Shown here in pieces: positions 1 through 9,900 of a DNA stretch of 64,000 nt (positions within the stretch are counted from its first letter, which is position 1; every line of letters starts with the position of its first letter). The position numbers and the translations under genes were made by a program. The stretch is from assembly GCA_964536205.1 (NCBI GenBank), contig CAZHVT010000002.1, forward strand, positions 1,982-65,981, given 5' to 3'. Source of the DNA: an uncultured Gammaproteobacteria bacterium. Lineage in GTDB: Bacteria > Patescibacteriota > Patescibacteriia > Magasanikbacterales > GCA-002688135. The notes under the pieces were generated by a model, which had not been told where the DNA came from, ran no database searches, and worked only from the letters and a program-made list of their open reading frames with translations.

Positions 1-435
1 TTACCACATGTTGTTGAGCCAAGTTTAGGAGTTGATCGATCAATTTTGGTTGCATTACTTTCAGCCTACACAGAAGAAGAAGTAGGAACTGCAAACGATG
101 GCGAAAAAGCAACACGCGTCGTCATGAAATTCCCATCTGCAATCGCACCGGTACAAGTCGCAGTTTTACCCTTATCAAAAAAAGAAGAACTCGCAAAACC
201 AGCTCGAGAACTTGCACAAACATTACGAGAAAATTTCAGAGTTGAATACGACGAAACACAATCAATCGGAAAACGATATCGCCGACAAGATGAAATCGGA
301 ACGCCGTTATGTGTAACATTCGATTTCGAATCAATTGAAGACAACGCGGTTACAGTCCGCGATCGCGACACAATGGAACAAAAACGAATTAAAATCCCAG
401 AATTAGAATCCTACATTAAAGAACAATTGAATTGA
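1..435 (+). CDS. glyQS: glycine--tRNA ligase, C-terminal anticodon-binding part (5-prime partial, gene starts upstream of window)
   Basis: Frame 1 is open from nt 1 (PHVVEPSLGVDRSILV...). Motifs IGKRYRRQDEIGTP and VTVRDRDTMEQ are typical of class II GlyRS C-termini. Confidence 0.7.
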   Translation, partial: LPHVVEPSLGVDRSILVALLSAYTEEEVGTANDGEKATRVVMKFPSAIAPVQVAVLPLSKKEELAKPARELAQTLRENFRVEYDETQSIGKRYRRQDEIGTPLCVTFDFESIEDNAVTVRDRDTMEQKRIKIPELESYIKEQLN

Positions 436-436
436 T

Positions 437-1708
437 ATGTATCAAAAAACAGAATTGCAGAATTCATCGACTCTCATCACCATCCCAAATCCAAACACAC
501 AGGCTGTGACGGTACTGGTGATGTTTCCAGTCGGTTCACGATATGAAACGAAAGAGTTAAATGGCGTTTCACATTTCATCGAACACATCATGTTTAAGGG
601 AACAGAAAAACGTCCGACAACGTTGGATATTTCAAAAGAGTTGGATGGATTGGGTGCAGAATACAATGCATACACATCAAAAGATTACACAGGATATTAC
701 GTCCGCATCGACGCAACAAAAATCGAAACTGCAATGGATATCGTTTCAGATATGCTCTGGAATTCGAAATTCGATGCAGATGAAATCGAGAGAGAAAAGG
801 GTGTGATTGCAGAAGAACTTCACATGTATGAGGATAATCCGATGATGGATATTGAGGAATTGTTGGAAGCACAAATATTTCACGGATCACCACTCGGATG
901 GAAAATCGGTGGAACAGATAAAATCATTCACACATTCACACGCGAAGCCATGGTAGATTTTCGTGACCGATTTTATACACCTGATCAAATGACAGTTGTT
1001 GTAGCTGGAAACATGCCGGCAAATATTAACGATCGCGTAGAACATTATTTCGGGGGAGCACAGCGAGAACCATCACAAAACATTGATTTCATAAAACACG
1101 AATTTGTTGATTCGCCACAAGTCGCAGTCAAATGGAAAGAAACAGAACAAGCAGTGATGATGGCAGGATTTCCAGCATATGCATACACAGATGATAAATT
1201 GTATGCGCTCAAATTATTGCATGTAATTTTGGGTGGAACTATGTCATCACGATTATTCATTGAGGTTCGCGAGCGTCGCGGATTAGCATATGTGATCAGA
1301 ACAGACGTCAGTCCATATCATGAAACAGGAGCATTCAGTGTCAAAGCTGGATTGCTCCCAGAAAAATGTGGAGACGCACTCAAAACAATTATTTCCGAAT
1401 TACAAAAAGTAAAAACAGAAGGCGTAACTGCAGAAGAACTCGCACAAGCAAAACAACATATGCGCGGTAGAATCATGTTGGCTTTGGAAAATTCCAGCAC
1501 ACTAGCTGAATGGTATGCAAAACAGTGGGCGCTCAAAGGAACAGCAGATACTCCAGAACAACAATTAGCAAAACTCGACGCCGTAACCCTTGACGACATT
1601 CTCAATGTCGCGCAAGAAGTGATACAATTTGAAAAGATGAAGGTCGCAACAATCGGGCCATTCAAGGATGAATCTGTGTTTTCAAATGCTATCGCAGAAT
1701 CTGTATGA
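437..1708 (+). CDS. M16 family (pitrilysin/insulinase-like) zinc peptidase
   Basis: Inverted zinc-binding motif HFIEHIMFKGT (HxxEH). Length about 420 aa, typical of bacterial M16B peptidases. Confidence 0.75.
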   Translation: MYQKTELQNSSTLITIPNPNTQAVTVLVMFPVGSRYETKELNGVSHFIEHIMFKGTEKRPTTLDISKELDGLGAEYNAYTSKDYTGYYVRIDATKIETAMDIVSDMLWNSKFDADEIEREKGVIAEELHMYEDNPMMDIEELLEAQIFHGSPLGWKIGGTDKIIHTFTREAMVDFRDRFYTPDQMTVVVAGNMPANINDRVEHYFGGAQREPSQNIDFIKHEFVDSPQVAVKWKETEQAVMMAGFPAYAYTDDKLYALKLLHVILGGTMSSRLFIEVRERRGLAYVIRTDVSPYHETGAFSVKAGLLPEKCGDALKTIISELQKVKTEGVTAEELAQAKQHMRGRIMLALENSSTLAEWYAKQWALKGTADTPEQQLAKLDAVTLDDILNVAQEVIQFEKMKVATIGPFKDESVFSNAIAESV

Positions 1709-2403
1709 AAAAATTATTCGTAGCAAACTGGAAGCGATATCTCACAACTGACGAATCTGTTGTATTGTGGGAAATTTTGTCAAAAAAAATATCTGAAAAA
1801 TTCGATGTAGTAGTTGCACCAAATCATTTAGCAATTGATCAAATTGCAGACAAGCCAAACGCGCATGCACTAGCGGCACAAGATGCATTTTACGAAAGCG
1901 AAGGAGCATTTACTGGAATAGTGTCACCGGAAGATTTAAAAGAAATTGGTGTAAGTTATGTGATCGTCGGACATTCAGAACGGCGTGCAATGGGGGAGAC
2001 AGATGAAATAGTAGCAAAAAAAGTTGAAGCAGTTTTGAAGGCTCAGCTCATTCCAATTTTGTGTGTGGGTGAAAGTAGGGGGGAACGCAATGCAGGAAGA
2101 GCACAAGAAATAGTACAAAATCAAGTCGAAGCTGGATGTTCACTCGCACCAATGGGAAGTCAAATAATTATCGCATACGAACCAATTTGGGCGATAAGTA
2201 AAGATGGACAGGGAGAGCCAATTAAGCCTGAGGATGCAGAGAGTATGATGGCATTCATTAAGGAATTGAAAGGGTATCGTGTGTTGTATGGTGGATCTGT
2301 AAAACCAGAAAACATCGACAATTTTATTTCACTAGATTCATGCAACGGAGTACTCGTAGGGTCAGCATCAACAAAACTCGATTCATTAAAACAGATGCTC
2401 TAA
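1705..2403 (+). CDS. tpiA: triosephosphate isomerase
   Basis: Motifs VVAPNHLAI, IVGHSERR, CVGE and AYEPIWAI. Start overlaps the previous stop by 4 nt. Confidence 0.85.
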   Translation: MKKLFVANWKRYLTTDESVVLWEILSKKISEKFDVVVAPNHLAIDQIADKPNAHALAAQDAFYESEGAFTGIVSPEDLKEIGVSYVIVGHSERRAMGETDEIVAKKVEAVLKAQLIPILCVGESRGERNAGRAQEIVQNQVEAGCSLAPMGSQIIIAYEPIWAISKDGQGEPIKPEDAESMMAFIKELKGYRVLYGGSVKPENIDNFISLDSCNGVLVGSASTKLDSLKQML

Positions 2404-2404
2404 C

Positions 2405-3295
2405 ATGCCATTTACGATTTTGCCATTCATATTAATTCTAGCTGGTGCAGTTATTGCATCCGTAATTTTGATTCGCAAATTCCCACAAATTGCATTACTC
2501 GATGTAGACAAATTACCGCAAGAAGTTCAATCACAAAAGAAAAAAGCAATTATTGAAGAGCAATATAAACGATCAATGAAAAAAACTGCAGAGAAGTTGA
2601 AAAAGTGGTCTGGGCCAATGCATACATTTTGGACAAAAACACAAAAGAAGTTTCGTGATCGTGTGCAAAAAACATATGTGCAATACGCAAAGTCTCGTGC
2701 AAAGAAACCAAAAAAATCAGAAAAAGCTCCACCACCAGAAGCGATCGCTGCATTGTTGAAAGATGCACAAACACAATTATTGATGGAGAATTACAAAGAG
2801 GCCGAGCAAAAATATATTGAGGTGATTCGTTTTGCGCCACGAACAGTTGAGGCATATCGTGGATTAGGAAGATTATACTTTGCAAAAAAACAATGGGATG
2901 AAGCGCGCGAAACATATTTGTTTATTGTGAAATTGGATGAGAAAGATGGTCGTGCTCACAATCGATTGGGAATGATTGCGGTTGAAACAGAAGATTGGAA
3001 AACAGCAGTCGCACATTTCAAACGCGCTGTTGAAATCGATAACAAAATTGCTCTGCGACATTACGATCTCGCTCATGCCTATGACAAAATGGGAAAACAG
3101 TTATATGCATTACGTTCATATGAGCGCGCAGTTTCACTCGAACCGCTCAATCCAAAATATCTTGACGCTTATTTGAAAACGGCTATACTACTCAAAAATA
3201 AAGAACTTGCACAAGCAGCATACGATCAATTAAAGATAGCAAACCCAGAAAATAAAAAGCTCGATCAGCTGCGCAGAACAATAGAAGAGTTGTGA
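2405..3295 (+). CDS. TPR-repeat protein with N-terminal transmembrane helix
   Basis: N-terminal hydrophobic segment, a Lys-rich linker, then repeated A/Y/L tetratricopeptide-like units (AYRGLGRLYFAKKQWDEA...). Confidence 0.5.
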   Translation: MPFTILPFILILAGAVIASVILIRKFPQIALLDVDKLPQEVQSQKKKAIIEEQYKRSMKKTAEKLKKWSGPMHTFWTKTQKKFRDRVQKTYVQYAKSRAKKPKKSEKAPPPEAIAALLKDAQTQLLMENYKEAEQKYIEVIRFAPRTVEAYRGLGRLYFAKKQWDEARETYLFIVKLDEKDGRAHNRLGMIAVETEDWKTAVAHFKRAVEIDNKIALRHYDLAHAYDKMGKQLYALRSYERAVSLEPLNPKYLDAYLKTAILLKNKELAQAAYDQLKIANPENKKLDQLRRTIEEL

Positions 3296-3296
3296 G

Positions 3297-3380
3297 GTTG
3301 TACGTTATACGTTCTACGATGTACGAATTTTATTAATCGCTTCGCGATTTTCGTGTGACGTAGAACGTATAACGTACAAC
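3297..3380. repeat. Perfect 22-bp inverted repeat (GTTGTACGTTATACGTTCTACG / CGTAGAACGTATAACGTACAAC) around a 40-nt core holding the palindrome AATCGCTTCGCGATT
   Basis: Read directly. The arms are built of TACGTT(A/C)-type heptamers. The same core palindrome recurs at 48815-48830. Confidence 0.6.
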
Positions 3381-3388
3381 GTTAATGT

Positions 3389-3462
3389 GCCAACGTAGCT
3401 CAGTTGGTTAGAGCGCATCCATGGTAAGGATGAGGTCAGCGGTTCAACTCCGCTCGTTGGCT
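3389..3462 (+). tRNA. tRNA-Thr (anticodon GGU)
   Basis: Manual cloverleaf: acceptor GCCAACG/CGTTGGC, D-arm GCTC..GAGC, anticodon loop ATGGTAA, T-loop TTCAACT. CCA is encoded at 3463-3465. Confidence 0.85.
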
Positions 3463-3580
3463 CCAGAACACCTTTTGGGTGTTTTTTGTTATACACAGTT
3501 TTCCACATTGTGTGTGGATGTATGTGTGGTAAAATGCGTCCTTAAGCAAATACTTAAACATTAATAAGTATCTCTATTAT

Positions 3581-4366
3581 ATGAATGACTATCATCAGAG
3601 TCAGCAGCCAAAGCGTGATAAAGATCTTTTCGATAAGATCGGATCAAAAAACTCTTTCTTTTTTGGATTGAGTTCAGGTGTCGCAGGATTTTTTGTGATC
3701 GGATTTTTTGTCCTTCTCGGAGTCTATATGACTGGCGGAGGAGGCGGAGGGGGTCGCACAGTTCAGGCAAACAAAAATCCAAGCGTAAATCCAACTCCAA
3801 CACAGCCAGCAAATCCTGGAGCAGGAGCGCCTGTCGATGTACAATTATCAGAAGATGACTGGGTGCGCGGAGATGAAAATGCAAAAATCTCCATTGTAGA
3901 ATTTTCAGATTATGATTGCCCATTCTGCTCACGTCATCACGAAACAATGAAGCAGATTCTTGATGAATATCCAGGAGATGTAAATTGGGTATATCGACAC
4001 TTCCCATTAGAACAATTGCATCCATTTGCAAAGAAAAAGTCAGAAGCAGCTGAATGTGTAGGGTCACTCGCAGGAGCAGATGCATTCTGGAAATTCACAG
4101 ATGCAATTTTTGAGGGTGATGAGGGCGGAACAGACGCAGAACTTGCAGCACTTGCAGCACAAGCAGGAGCAAATCAATCAAAATTCCAAACATGCTTAAC
4201 CAATGGAGATTTTACAGATGTTGTGGAAAATGACACGCAAAACGCACTTGCGGCCGGCGGATCAGGAACTCCATACAACGTAATCATTGCAGGGGATCAA
4301 ACAATCCCGGTAAATGGCGCAGTTCCATTCGAGCAGTTTAAGAGTATTATTGATTCACTGTTGTAG
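3581..4366 (+). CDS. DsbA/thioredoxin-fold thiol:disulfide oxidoreductase, membrane anchored
   Basis: N-terminal TM helix, a Gly-rich linker, and a CPFC active-site motif in a thioredoxin-like context (YDCPFCSRHH). Confidence 0.6.
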   Translation: MNDYHQSQQPKRDKDLFDKIGSKNSFFFGLSSGVAGFFVIGFFVLLGVYMTGGGGGGGRTVQANKNPSVNPTPTQPANPGAGAPVDVQLSEDDWVRGDENAKISIVEFSDYDCPFCSRHHETMKQILDEYPGDVNWVYRHFPLEQLHPFAKKKSEAAECVGSLAGADAFWKFTDAIFEGDEGGTDAELAALAAQAGANQSKFQTCLTNGDFTDVVENDTQNALAAGGSGTPYNVIIAGDQTIPVNGAVPFEQFKSIIDSLL

Positions 4367-4478
4367 AGGAAAGAAGCAAGAAGTAAGAATAAAGATGAGC
4401 CTCCAGTGGAGGCTCTTTTGTTTATTGACACTTTCGCAGTTGAAGATTATACTATTGGCACAATTGAATACAGTTCAT

Positions 4479-4560
4479 GGGTCGGTACCAAAGTGGTCAA
4501 CTGGGGCAGGCTGTAAACCTGCTGGCTTCGCCTTCGGGGGTTCGAACCCTCCCCGGCCCA
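4479..4560 (+). tRNA. tRNA-Tyr (anticodon GUA), class II with long variable arm
   Basis: Acceptor GGGTCGG/CCGGCCC, anticodon stem GCAGG/CCTGC with loop CTGTAAA, T-arm GGGGG-TTCGAAC-CCTCC. No CCA is encoded. Confidence 0.85.
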
Positions 4561-4574
4561 TACGAAATAGCCAT

Positions 4575-4592
4575 CCACTCGGGTGGTTTTTT
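4575..4592 (+). terminator. intrinsic terminator (CCACTCGGGTGG + T6)
   Basis: Hairpin followed by a T-run immediately after tRNA-Tyr. Confidence 0.5.
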
Positions 4593-4707
4593 CATACTTA
4601 ATTCTCACCCCCTCTTTCGGGCGTAGCCCTCGTACCTCGGGCCATCTCACTCGCTTCATTCGGATATGCAAAGCTATCGCTTTTCACATCACTCATTCCG
4701 CTCGCTC

Positions 4708-4728
4708 GTCCGAACCCTCCCCGGCCCA
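4708..4728 (+). repeat. Direct repeat of the 3-prime 21 nt of tRNA-Tyr (GTCCGAACCCTCCCCGGCCCA vs GTTCGAACCCTCCCCGGCCCA)
   Basis: 20 of 21 identity to 4540-4560. No complete tRNA can be folded around the second copy. Confidence 0.6.
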
Positions 4729-4772
4729 AATAAAAACCTCGTCTTGTGATGGACTTTTTATTTGGGTTTTTT
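4725..4772 (+). terminator. intrinsic terminator (CCCAAATAAAAA ... TTTTTATTTGGG + T6)
   Basis: 12-bp inverted repeat followed by a T-run. Confidence 0.5.
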
Positions 4773-4782
4773 GTTTGAGAGG

Positions 4783-4811
4783 TTGACAGGGTAATCAAAA
4801 AGACCTAGTAT
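4783..4811 (+). promoter_or_regulatory. sigma70-like promoter TTGACA-N17-TAGTAT for the VIT-vWA gene
   Basis: Consensus -35 and 17-nt spacing, about 45 nt upstream of the ATG. RBS AAAAGGAG. Confidence 0.45.
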
Positions 4812-4853
4812 ACAAACGGTTAATTCACAACAACAGAGCAAAAGGAGTGAGAA

Positions 4854-7208
4854 ATGACACAATCAGCTCTCGCAAGACGAATACAAGAACAAGTCGGACT
4901 GGCGATCGAACATCTGCCGCTACGATCAATGCATTTCGATGCAGAGGTTCGTGGGTTGCATGTTGGTGTACGTGTTACACAGACATTCAAAAACACACTC
5001 GACAATCCTGTGGAGGCGATTTACGTTTTTCCAATGGTTCCACAAGCTGCTGTGCTTGGTGCAAAACTGAAGATTGGAGACAAAACGATCGAATCAGAAT
5101 TGCGTAAGCGCGAAGATGCGCAAAAAGCATATGCTGAAGCTCGTGATGCTGGTCATCATGCGGCGATGGTAGGGCAGGAGCGTCCTAACATTTTCACTAT
5201 GTCTGTTGCAGGTGTTGAGCCTGGCGAGCAGATCAGTGTGGATATTCATTACATCGCGCCGGTCGACTGGCAAGATGGTGGTGGGCGCTTGCAGATTCCG
5301 CTTGTGGTTGCGCCGCACTTTGTGCCGGGGCATGCGACTGGAAAAACCGGTGGGGGATTTTCTATGGATACCGATGAGGTTCCTGATGCATCTCGCATTA
5401 CACCCAAATCGGTTCCAGAGGTGAGTTACAGCGCATCGCTTAAGTTGTCGCTGACTCCAGGATTCGAGGCTAAACTTGGATCTCCATCTCACAGCGCATT
5501 AGTTGTGTGTGACGTTGAACAGATTTGTGAAGGCGACACACGAATCATCGAACTCAACGATCTGCGTTGCGATCGCGATATCGTCATCACATACAAAACA
5601 CAAGATGAGCAGCCGACAATCGCGGTCGAGCGTCAGTCATTCATCACCACAAACGGCGAGACGGATGAACTTACGCTTCTGCAGATCTCCGCTGGATGCA
5701 TCGAAAATGAATCAGAACATCCTCTGGATGTCGCGCTTCTGCTCGACACATCCGGAAGTATGAGAGGTCAGAAAATTAACGGGTTGAAGAAGGTGGCAAA
5801 AAAGCTGCTTACTCGTTTAAGTACATTCAGTCGTCCAGTCCGAGTAACTATTCATCGATTCGCAAATTATTGTGAAGAGTTGTCTAAGTTAGCAGAGGTT
5901 GATGACTCACACTTTGATGTTATCGATCAGCTGGATGCCAGGGGTGGCACAAACGCAGGTCGTGCGATCACGGCAGTGATGGATGTCTTCAGGAGAGAAA
6001 ATAAGTATCATGAAAAATGCATTGTGTTGGTCTGCGATGGGCAGACGGATGACAGGCATTTCAAGGGTCTGGAGGGAGTTCGTATTCATTCTGTCGGAAT
6101 TGATAATGCGATTGACAACGCGACTCTCAAAGAATTTTCTGACATAACTGGAGGATCGTGCGAATGGATTCTGCCAGGCGAGGATTATGATGCAGCAGCT
6201 GCGCGAGTGGCTGGTATGGCATCTGGCCCTGTGCTGCGTGATCTGCAAATCCGTGGCTTGCCCGATAAGGCAAAAGTCGTGAATCTTGGTGATTGCTATC
6301 ATGCACAACCTCGCACGATCGGAATTCTCACTGCAGAGCCTATCGAAGGATGTGTTGTAGTTGGATGTGGTCCGGATGACACGCTATACGAGCGAGCAGT
6401 CCGTGTACCAAAAGAGACAACGACAACTCTCGTAGGTCCGCTATTTGGCAAGATGTTGCTGAACGAGCTTCAGGATCAATCTGTCAAAACTGAAACATCA
6501 CTTCGTTATGGCGTTCTGTGCAGTTCAACTGCGCTCATCGCTGTAAGTAAGAAAGATGTTCCGGGCGCAAAACCGGAAACCATCGACATTCCAGTTCTCA
6601 TGCCACATGGGTGGGAGTATGACGATCGTAGTGAGTTCGCGGTTCGTCGAATGTCAGTTGGTGTTGGTGGTCCAGCTCGCAGACGTAGAATTAGAAGATT
6701 GAGTGCTCAAGGCATTACGAGAAGAGCTATTGCGGGAGATGTTTTGAGCAAAGTATCCTATAGGACAGAAAATGCTGGCCCTCCGCGTCATGCAACCATG
6801 CAAGGCGCAAAGGAAGTCGATACTATCGATTACTCCGATATGTTGGGTGGCGGTTTGCTGGAAGATTCGGCAGGGATTTCAGCTGATGCGGATTCGAAGA
6901 AAGAAAAAGGAACTGCTGGATATTTCATCGAGCAAGCACTAATTCTTCTCAACGCGCTAGAGAATCGTCCGACATCAAAGCCTCTTCATGCACTCCATCA
7001 AGAACTCAAGATGCTAATTGCAGATTCTACGAAGTTCGCTCAATGGAGTGGTGAAGAGAAATCCCAACTCCTTCTGCTGATCGCGCAAATCGGACATGCG
7101 AATCCAGCCTATGCAATCAAGCCCAACGAGGTGTTGTTGCAAGAGCCAGCCGGACAATTCGCTCGACTCCATTGGATGCAGGCCAAGAAAATTCTCGGTC
7201 TCGCATAA
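4854..7208 (+). CDS. VIT (vault/inter-alpha-trypsin) domain + von Willebrand factor A domain protein
   Basis: N-terminal VIT-like region (EAIYVFPMVPQAAVLGAKLKIGDKTIESEL...). vWA MIDAS motif DVALLLDTSGSMRGQK. GC clearly higher than flanking genes. Confidence 0.75.
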   Translation: MTQSALARRIQEQVGLAIEHLPLRSMHFDAEVRGLHVGVRVTQTFKNTLDNPVEAIYVFPMVPQAAVLGAKLKIGDKTIESELRKREDAQKAYAEARDAGHHAAMVGQERPNIFTMSVAGVEPGEQISVDIHYIAPVDWQDGGGRLQIPLVVAPHFVPGHATGKTGGGFSMDTDEVPDASRITPKSVPEVSYSASLKLSLTPGFEAKLGSPSHSALVVCDVEQICEGDTRIIELNDLRCDRDIVITYKTQDEQPTIAVERQSFITTNGETDELTLLQISAGCIENESEHPLDVALLLDTSGSMRGQKINGLKKVAKKLLTRLSTFSRPVRVTIHRFANYCEELSKLAEVDDSHFDVIDQLDARGGTNAGRAITAVMDVFRRENKYHEKCIVLVCDGQTDDRHFKGLEGVRIHSVGIDNAIDNATLKEFSDITGGSCEWILPGEDYDAAAARVAGMASGPVLRDLQIRGLPDKAKVVNLGDCYHAQPRTIGILTAEPIEGCVVVGCGPDDTLYERAVRVPKETTTTLVGPLFGKMLLNELQDQSVKTETSLRYGVLCSSTALIAVSKKDVPGAKPETIDIPVLMPHGWEYDDRSEFAVRRMSVGVGGPARRRRIRRLSAQGITRRAIAGDVLSKVSYRTENAGPPRHATMQGAKEVDTIDYSDMLGGGLLEDSAGISADADSKKEKGTAGYFIEQALILLNALENRPTSKPLHALHQELKMLIADSTKFAQWSGEEKSQLLLLIAQIGHANPAYAIKPNEVLLQEPAGQFARLHWMQAKKILGLA

Positions 7209-7214
7209 GGGCAT

Positions 7215-7247
7215 AAGCTCTTCGACTACGGTCGGAGAGCTTTTTTT
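7215..7247 (+). terminator. intrinsic terminator
   Basis: AAGCTCTTCGAC-TACG-GTCGGAGAGCTT hairpin followed by T7. Confidence 0.55.
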
Positions 7248-7261
7248 GTTATAATCAGAGC

Positions 7262-8578
7262 ATGAAAAGTATAGAGTTACATATTGATAAGGCTCGAGTC
7301 GATGAGGGTATTCTCGGAAATGCAGAGCGAGAGTTAGGCGAATACATAAACCACTGCAATTCTGTTGTAAAAAATCAGAATTACAATGAAGACGAAGCAT
7401 CGCTCAACTGTCCATCAGATCAAAAAGTACACATAGCTGTATCAGATATGGTCGTGCAAAAAGTCTCAAGCAAATTGAGATATATTGTGGTGTGTGGAAT
7501 TGGCGGTTCAAATTTGGGGACAAAAGCAATCTACGAATCAATAATTGGCACAGTGGATCCACATGCAGATTCGCATCCAAAAATCATTTTTGTTGATACA
7601 GTTTCAGCACAAGTGATGACCGATGTAATCACATTACTCAAAGAGAGGGTTGTACATGCTGATGAAGTTCTCATAAACGTCGTCACAAAATCCGGCGGCA
7701 CAACAGAAACAATCGGAAATTTCGAAACACTGTATAATGCATTATCAGAAAGATTCCAAAACCTAAAAGACAGAGTAGTCGTAACAACAGATGAAGGAAG
7801 TAAATTATGGGATGCAGCTGGTGAAGTCGGAATTGCTCGACTCGCAATTCAGAAAAAAGTTGGAGGAAGATTTTCAGTATTCACGCCAGTAGGATTATTT
7901 CCATTACAATGCGCAGGATTAGACGTAAAAGATGTGTTGAATGGAGCGGCAGATATGAGAGATGAATGTTTGAAGGGTGATGCACAATCAAATCCAGCTC
8001 TTGCATCCGCAGCAATCACCGCACATCATCACCGCCACGGAATCCACGTTAATAATACATTTTTATTTAACACAGAATTGGAATCAGTAGGTAAGTGGTA
8101 CAGACAACTCACAGGAGAATCAATCGGCAAACGCGAAAATCTCGATGGAGAAGAAGCTCACGAGGGTATCACGCCCATCGTTTCAATCGGCTCAACAGAT
8201 CTACATTCAATGGCGCAATTATTTTACGGAGGACCTCACGACAAGCTCACAACTCTCGTCTATGCAAAACAAAGTCCAGCAGAAGTTAAAGTTCCGCAAG
8301 ATTTAGTATTTCCAGGATTAGTAGATGACATTACCGGCAAGAGTTACAAAGAAATTATGCAGGCAATTTATGGCGGTGTGAAGAAAGCATACGAAAAAAA
8401 CGGCCTGCCATACATGGAAATTCTGATTCCTGAAATCAGTGAATATACGGTCGGGCAATTCCTGCAATTCAAAATGTGCGAGATGATGTATCTTGCACAA
8501 CTTCTCAATGTGAATGCATTTAATCAGCCTGCAGTGGAGGATTATAAGTCGGAAACACGGGAGTTATTAAAGAGTTGA
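7262..8578 (+). CDS. pgi: glucose-6-phosphate isomerase
   Basis: Motifs CGIGGSNLG and GGRFSVFTPVGL. Length about 440 aa. Confidence 0.8.
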   Translation: MKSIELHIDKARVDEGILGNAERELGEYINHCNSVVKNQNYNEDEASLNCPSDQKVHIAVSDMVVQKVSSKLRYIVVCGIGGSNLGTKAIYESIIGTVDPHADSHPKIIFVDTVSAQVMTDVITLLKERVVHADEVLINVVTKSGGTTETIGNFETLYNALSERFQNLKDRVVVTTDEGSKLWDAAGEVGIARLAIQKKVGGRFSVFTPVGLFPLQCAGLDVKDVLNGAADMRDECLKGDAQSNPALASAAITAHHHRHGIHVNNTFLFNTELESVGKWYRQLTGESIGKRENLDGEEAHEGITPIVSIGSTDLHSMAQLFYGGPHDKLTTLVYAKQSPAEVKVPQDLVFPGLVDDITGKSYKEIMQAIYGGVKKAYEKNGLPYMEILIPEISEYTVGQFLQFKMCEMMYLAQLLNVNAFNQPAVEDYKSETRELLKS

Positions 8579-8631
8579 CGAAAAGTTTAGAAAAACATAT
8601 ACTGTGGCAGTATAAATTACTGCTATCATAA

Positions 8632-8705
8632 GCCGTCTTAGCTCAGTTGGTCAGAGCAACTGTTTTGTAAACAGTAGGTCCGCGGTTCGAATCCGCGAGA
8701 CGGCT
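8632..8705 (+). tRNA. tRNA-Thr (anticodon UGU)
   Basis: Acceptor GCCGTCT/AGACGGC, anticodon loop TTTGTAA, T-loop TTCGAAT. CCA encoded at 8706-8708. Confidence 0.85.
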
Positions 8706-8740
8706 CCATCAATTGAACGTGATAGTAGATAACGATAAGT

Positions 8741-8896
8741 ATGTCACAGGATAACTTAATTAAGCTCGAGTGCACCGACTGTAAAACAATCGGATACCGC
8801 AGCACCAAAAATAAGAAGAAGCTCAAGAATCGTCTCGAGCTCAAAAAACACTGCAAGAAATGCACGAAGCACACAAACCACAAGGAGACAAAATAA
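8741..8896 (+). CDS. rpmG: 50S ribosomal protein L33 (51 aa; absent from the ORF track because it is under 60 aa)
   Basis: Translation [51 protein letters not shown], with the L33 C4 zinc-ribbon pattern (CxxC...CxxC). Confidence 0.8.
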   Translation: MSQDNLIKLECTDCKTIGYRSTKNKKKLKNRLELKKHCKKCTKHTNHKETK

Positions 8897-9813
8897 ACGG
8901 CGTTCGTCAGGACGCCGATTCCCCACCCGCTAAGGGGGGGCAAGGGGGGGTTCATGAGATCGCGATAATCATCGTCTCATGGAATGTCTCACAGCAATTG
9001 AAACATTGTTTGGAATCAATCGACTCACATGCAGATGTTGCATGTGAAGTCATCGTCATCGACAATGATTCAGCAGATGAGAGTGTAGCCATGCTGCGCT
9101 CTTTTGCGTTTAGTAATCCGCACATCAAAAAATACAAAGTCATTGAGAACAAAGATAATCCAGGATTTGCCACAGCATGTAATCAGGGGATAGATGAGAT
9201 GCATGCAAAACATGCATTGCTGTTAAATCCAGATGCAAGAATCAGAGAAAACACACTAGGCGATTCAATGAAGTATGTTGATGAACATTCAGACGCTGGA
9301 GTAATAGGATGCAAAATCGAAAATGAAGATGGATCAAAACAAGGTTCAGCCGGAGCATTCCCAACCATCCGCGGACAAATCGCTCGACGATTAGGATTAA
9401 CAAAAAAAATCGGCCACACAAAATATTTCTCAATCGCACCAAAAGGAAAATGGAATGAGAATAAAGAAATGCAAGTCGATCATGTGAAAGGTGCGTTTTT
9501 TCTCATCACAAAACGAGCATTACATAACGTCGGAAAACTCGATGGGAATATTTTCCTGTGGTTTGAAGAAACAGATTATTGTTTGCGCGCGTGGCGTTCA
9601 GGATTAAAAGTTTTCTACACACCATCAATAGTAATAACTCATATTGGCGGAGCAAGTTTCAAAAAAGTAGGATTCTGGAAAAAACAAGCGATCTGGAACA
9701 AATCAATCCGCTACTATTTCACCAAACACAATGGATTGCTTTCCGGCATCTTGATTGCTATACTTGACCCGATTTGCCTCACACTCGGGGCGATCAAAAA
9801 ACGATTATCTTAA
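8860..9813 (+). CDS. family 2 glycosyltransferase
   Basis: GT-A signature IAIIIVSWN ... [10 protein letters not shown] ... NPGFATACN. The first in-frame ATG lies inside rpmG, so the true start is probably an internal or non-ATG codon near 8940-8960. Confidence 0.65.
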   Translation: MHEAHKPQGDKINGVRQDADSPPAKGGQGGVHEIAIIIVSWNVSQQLKHCLESIDSHADVACEVIVIDNDSADESVAMLRSFAFSNPHIKKYKVIENKDNPGFATACNQGIDEMHAKHALLLNPDARIRENTLGDSMKYVDEHSDAGVIGCKIENEDGSKQGSAGAFPTIRGQIARRLGLTKKIGHTKYFSIAPKGKWNENKEMQVDHVKGAFFLITKRALHNVGKLDGNIFLWFEETDYCLRAWRSGLKVFYTPSIVITHIGGASFKKVGFWKKQAIWNKSIRYYFTKHNGLLSGILIAILDPICLTLGAIKKRLS

Positions 9814-9822
9814 AAGAAACAT

Positions 9823-9893
9823 AGGCGGGTCGGTTAATGGTAAACCACAGGTCTCCAAAACCTGGACTGCGAGTTCGATCCTCGCCCCGCCTG
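9823..9893 (+). tRNA. tRNA-Trp (anticodon CCA)
   Basis: Acceptor AGGCGGG/CCCGCCT, anticodon loop CTCCAAA, T-arm GCGAG-TTCGATC-CTCGC. No CCA is encoded. Confidence 0.8.
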
Positions 9894-9900
9894 TATCAGA

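Noticed and set aside
3314-3508. 64-aa minus-strand ORF
   Set aside because: Completely overlaps tRNA-Thr(GGU) and the inverted-repeat element, so it is not coding.
4583-4786. 67-aa plus-strand ORF and 4314-4601 / 4447-4671 ORFs
   Set aside because: They span the tRNA-Tyr, its duplicated 3-prime end and two terminators, so they are artefacts.
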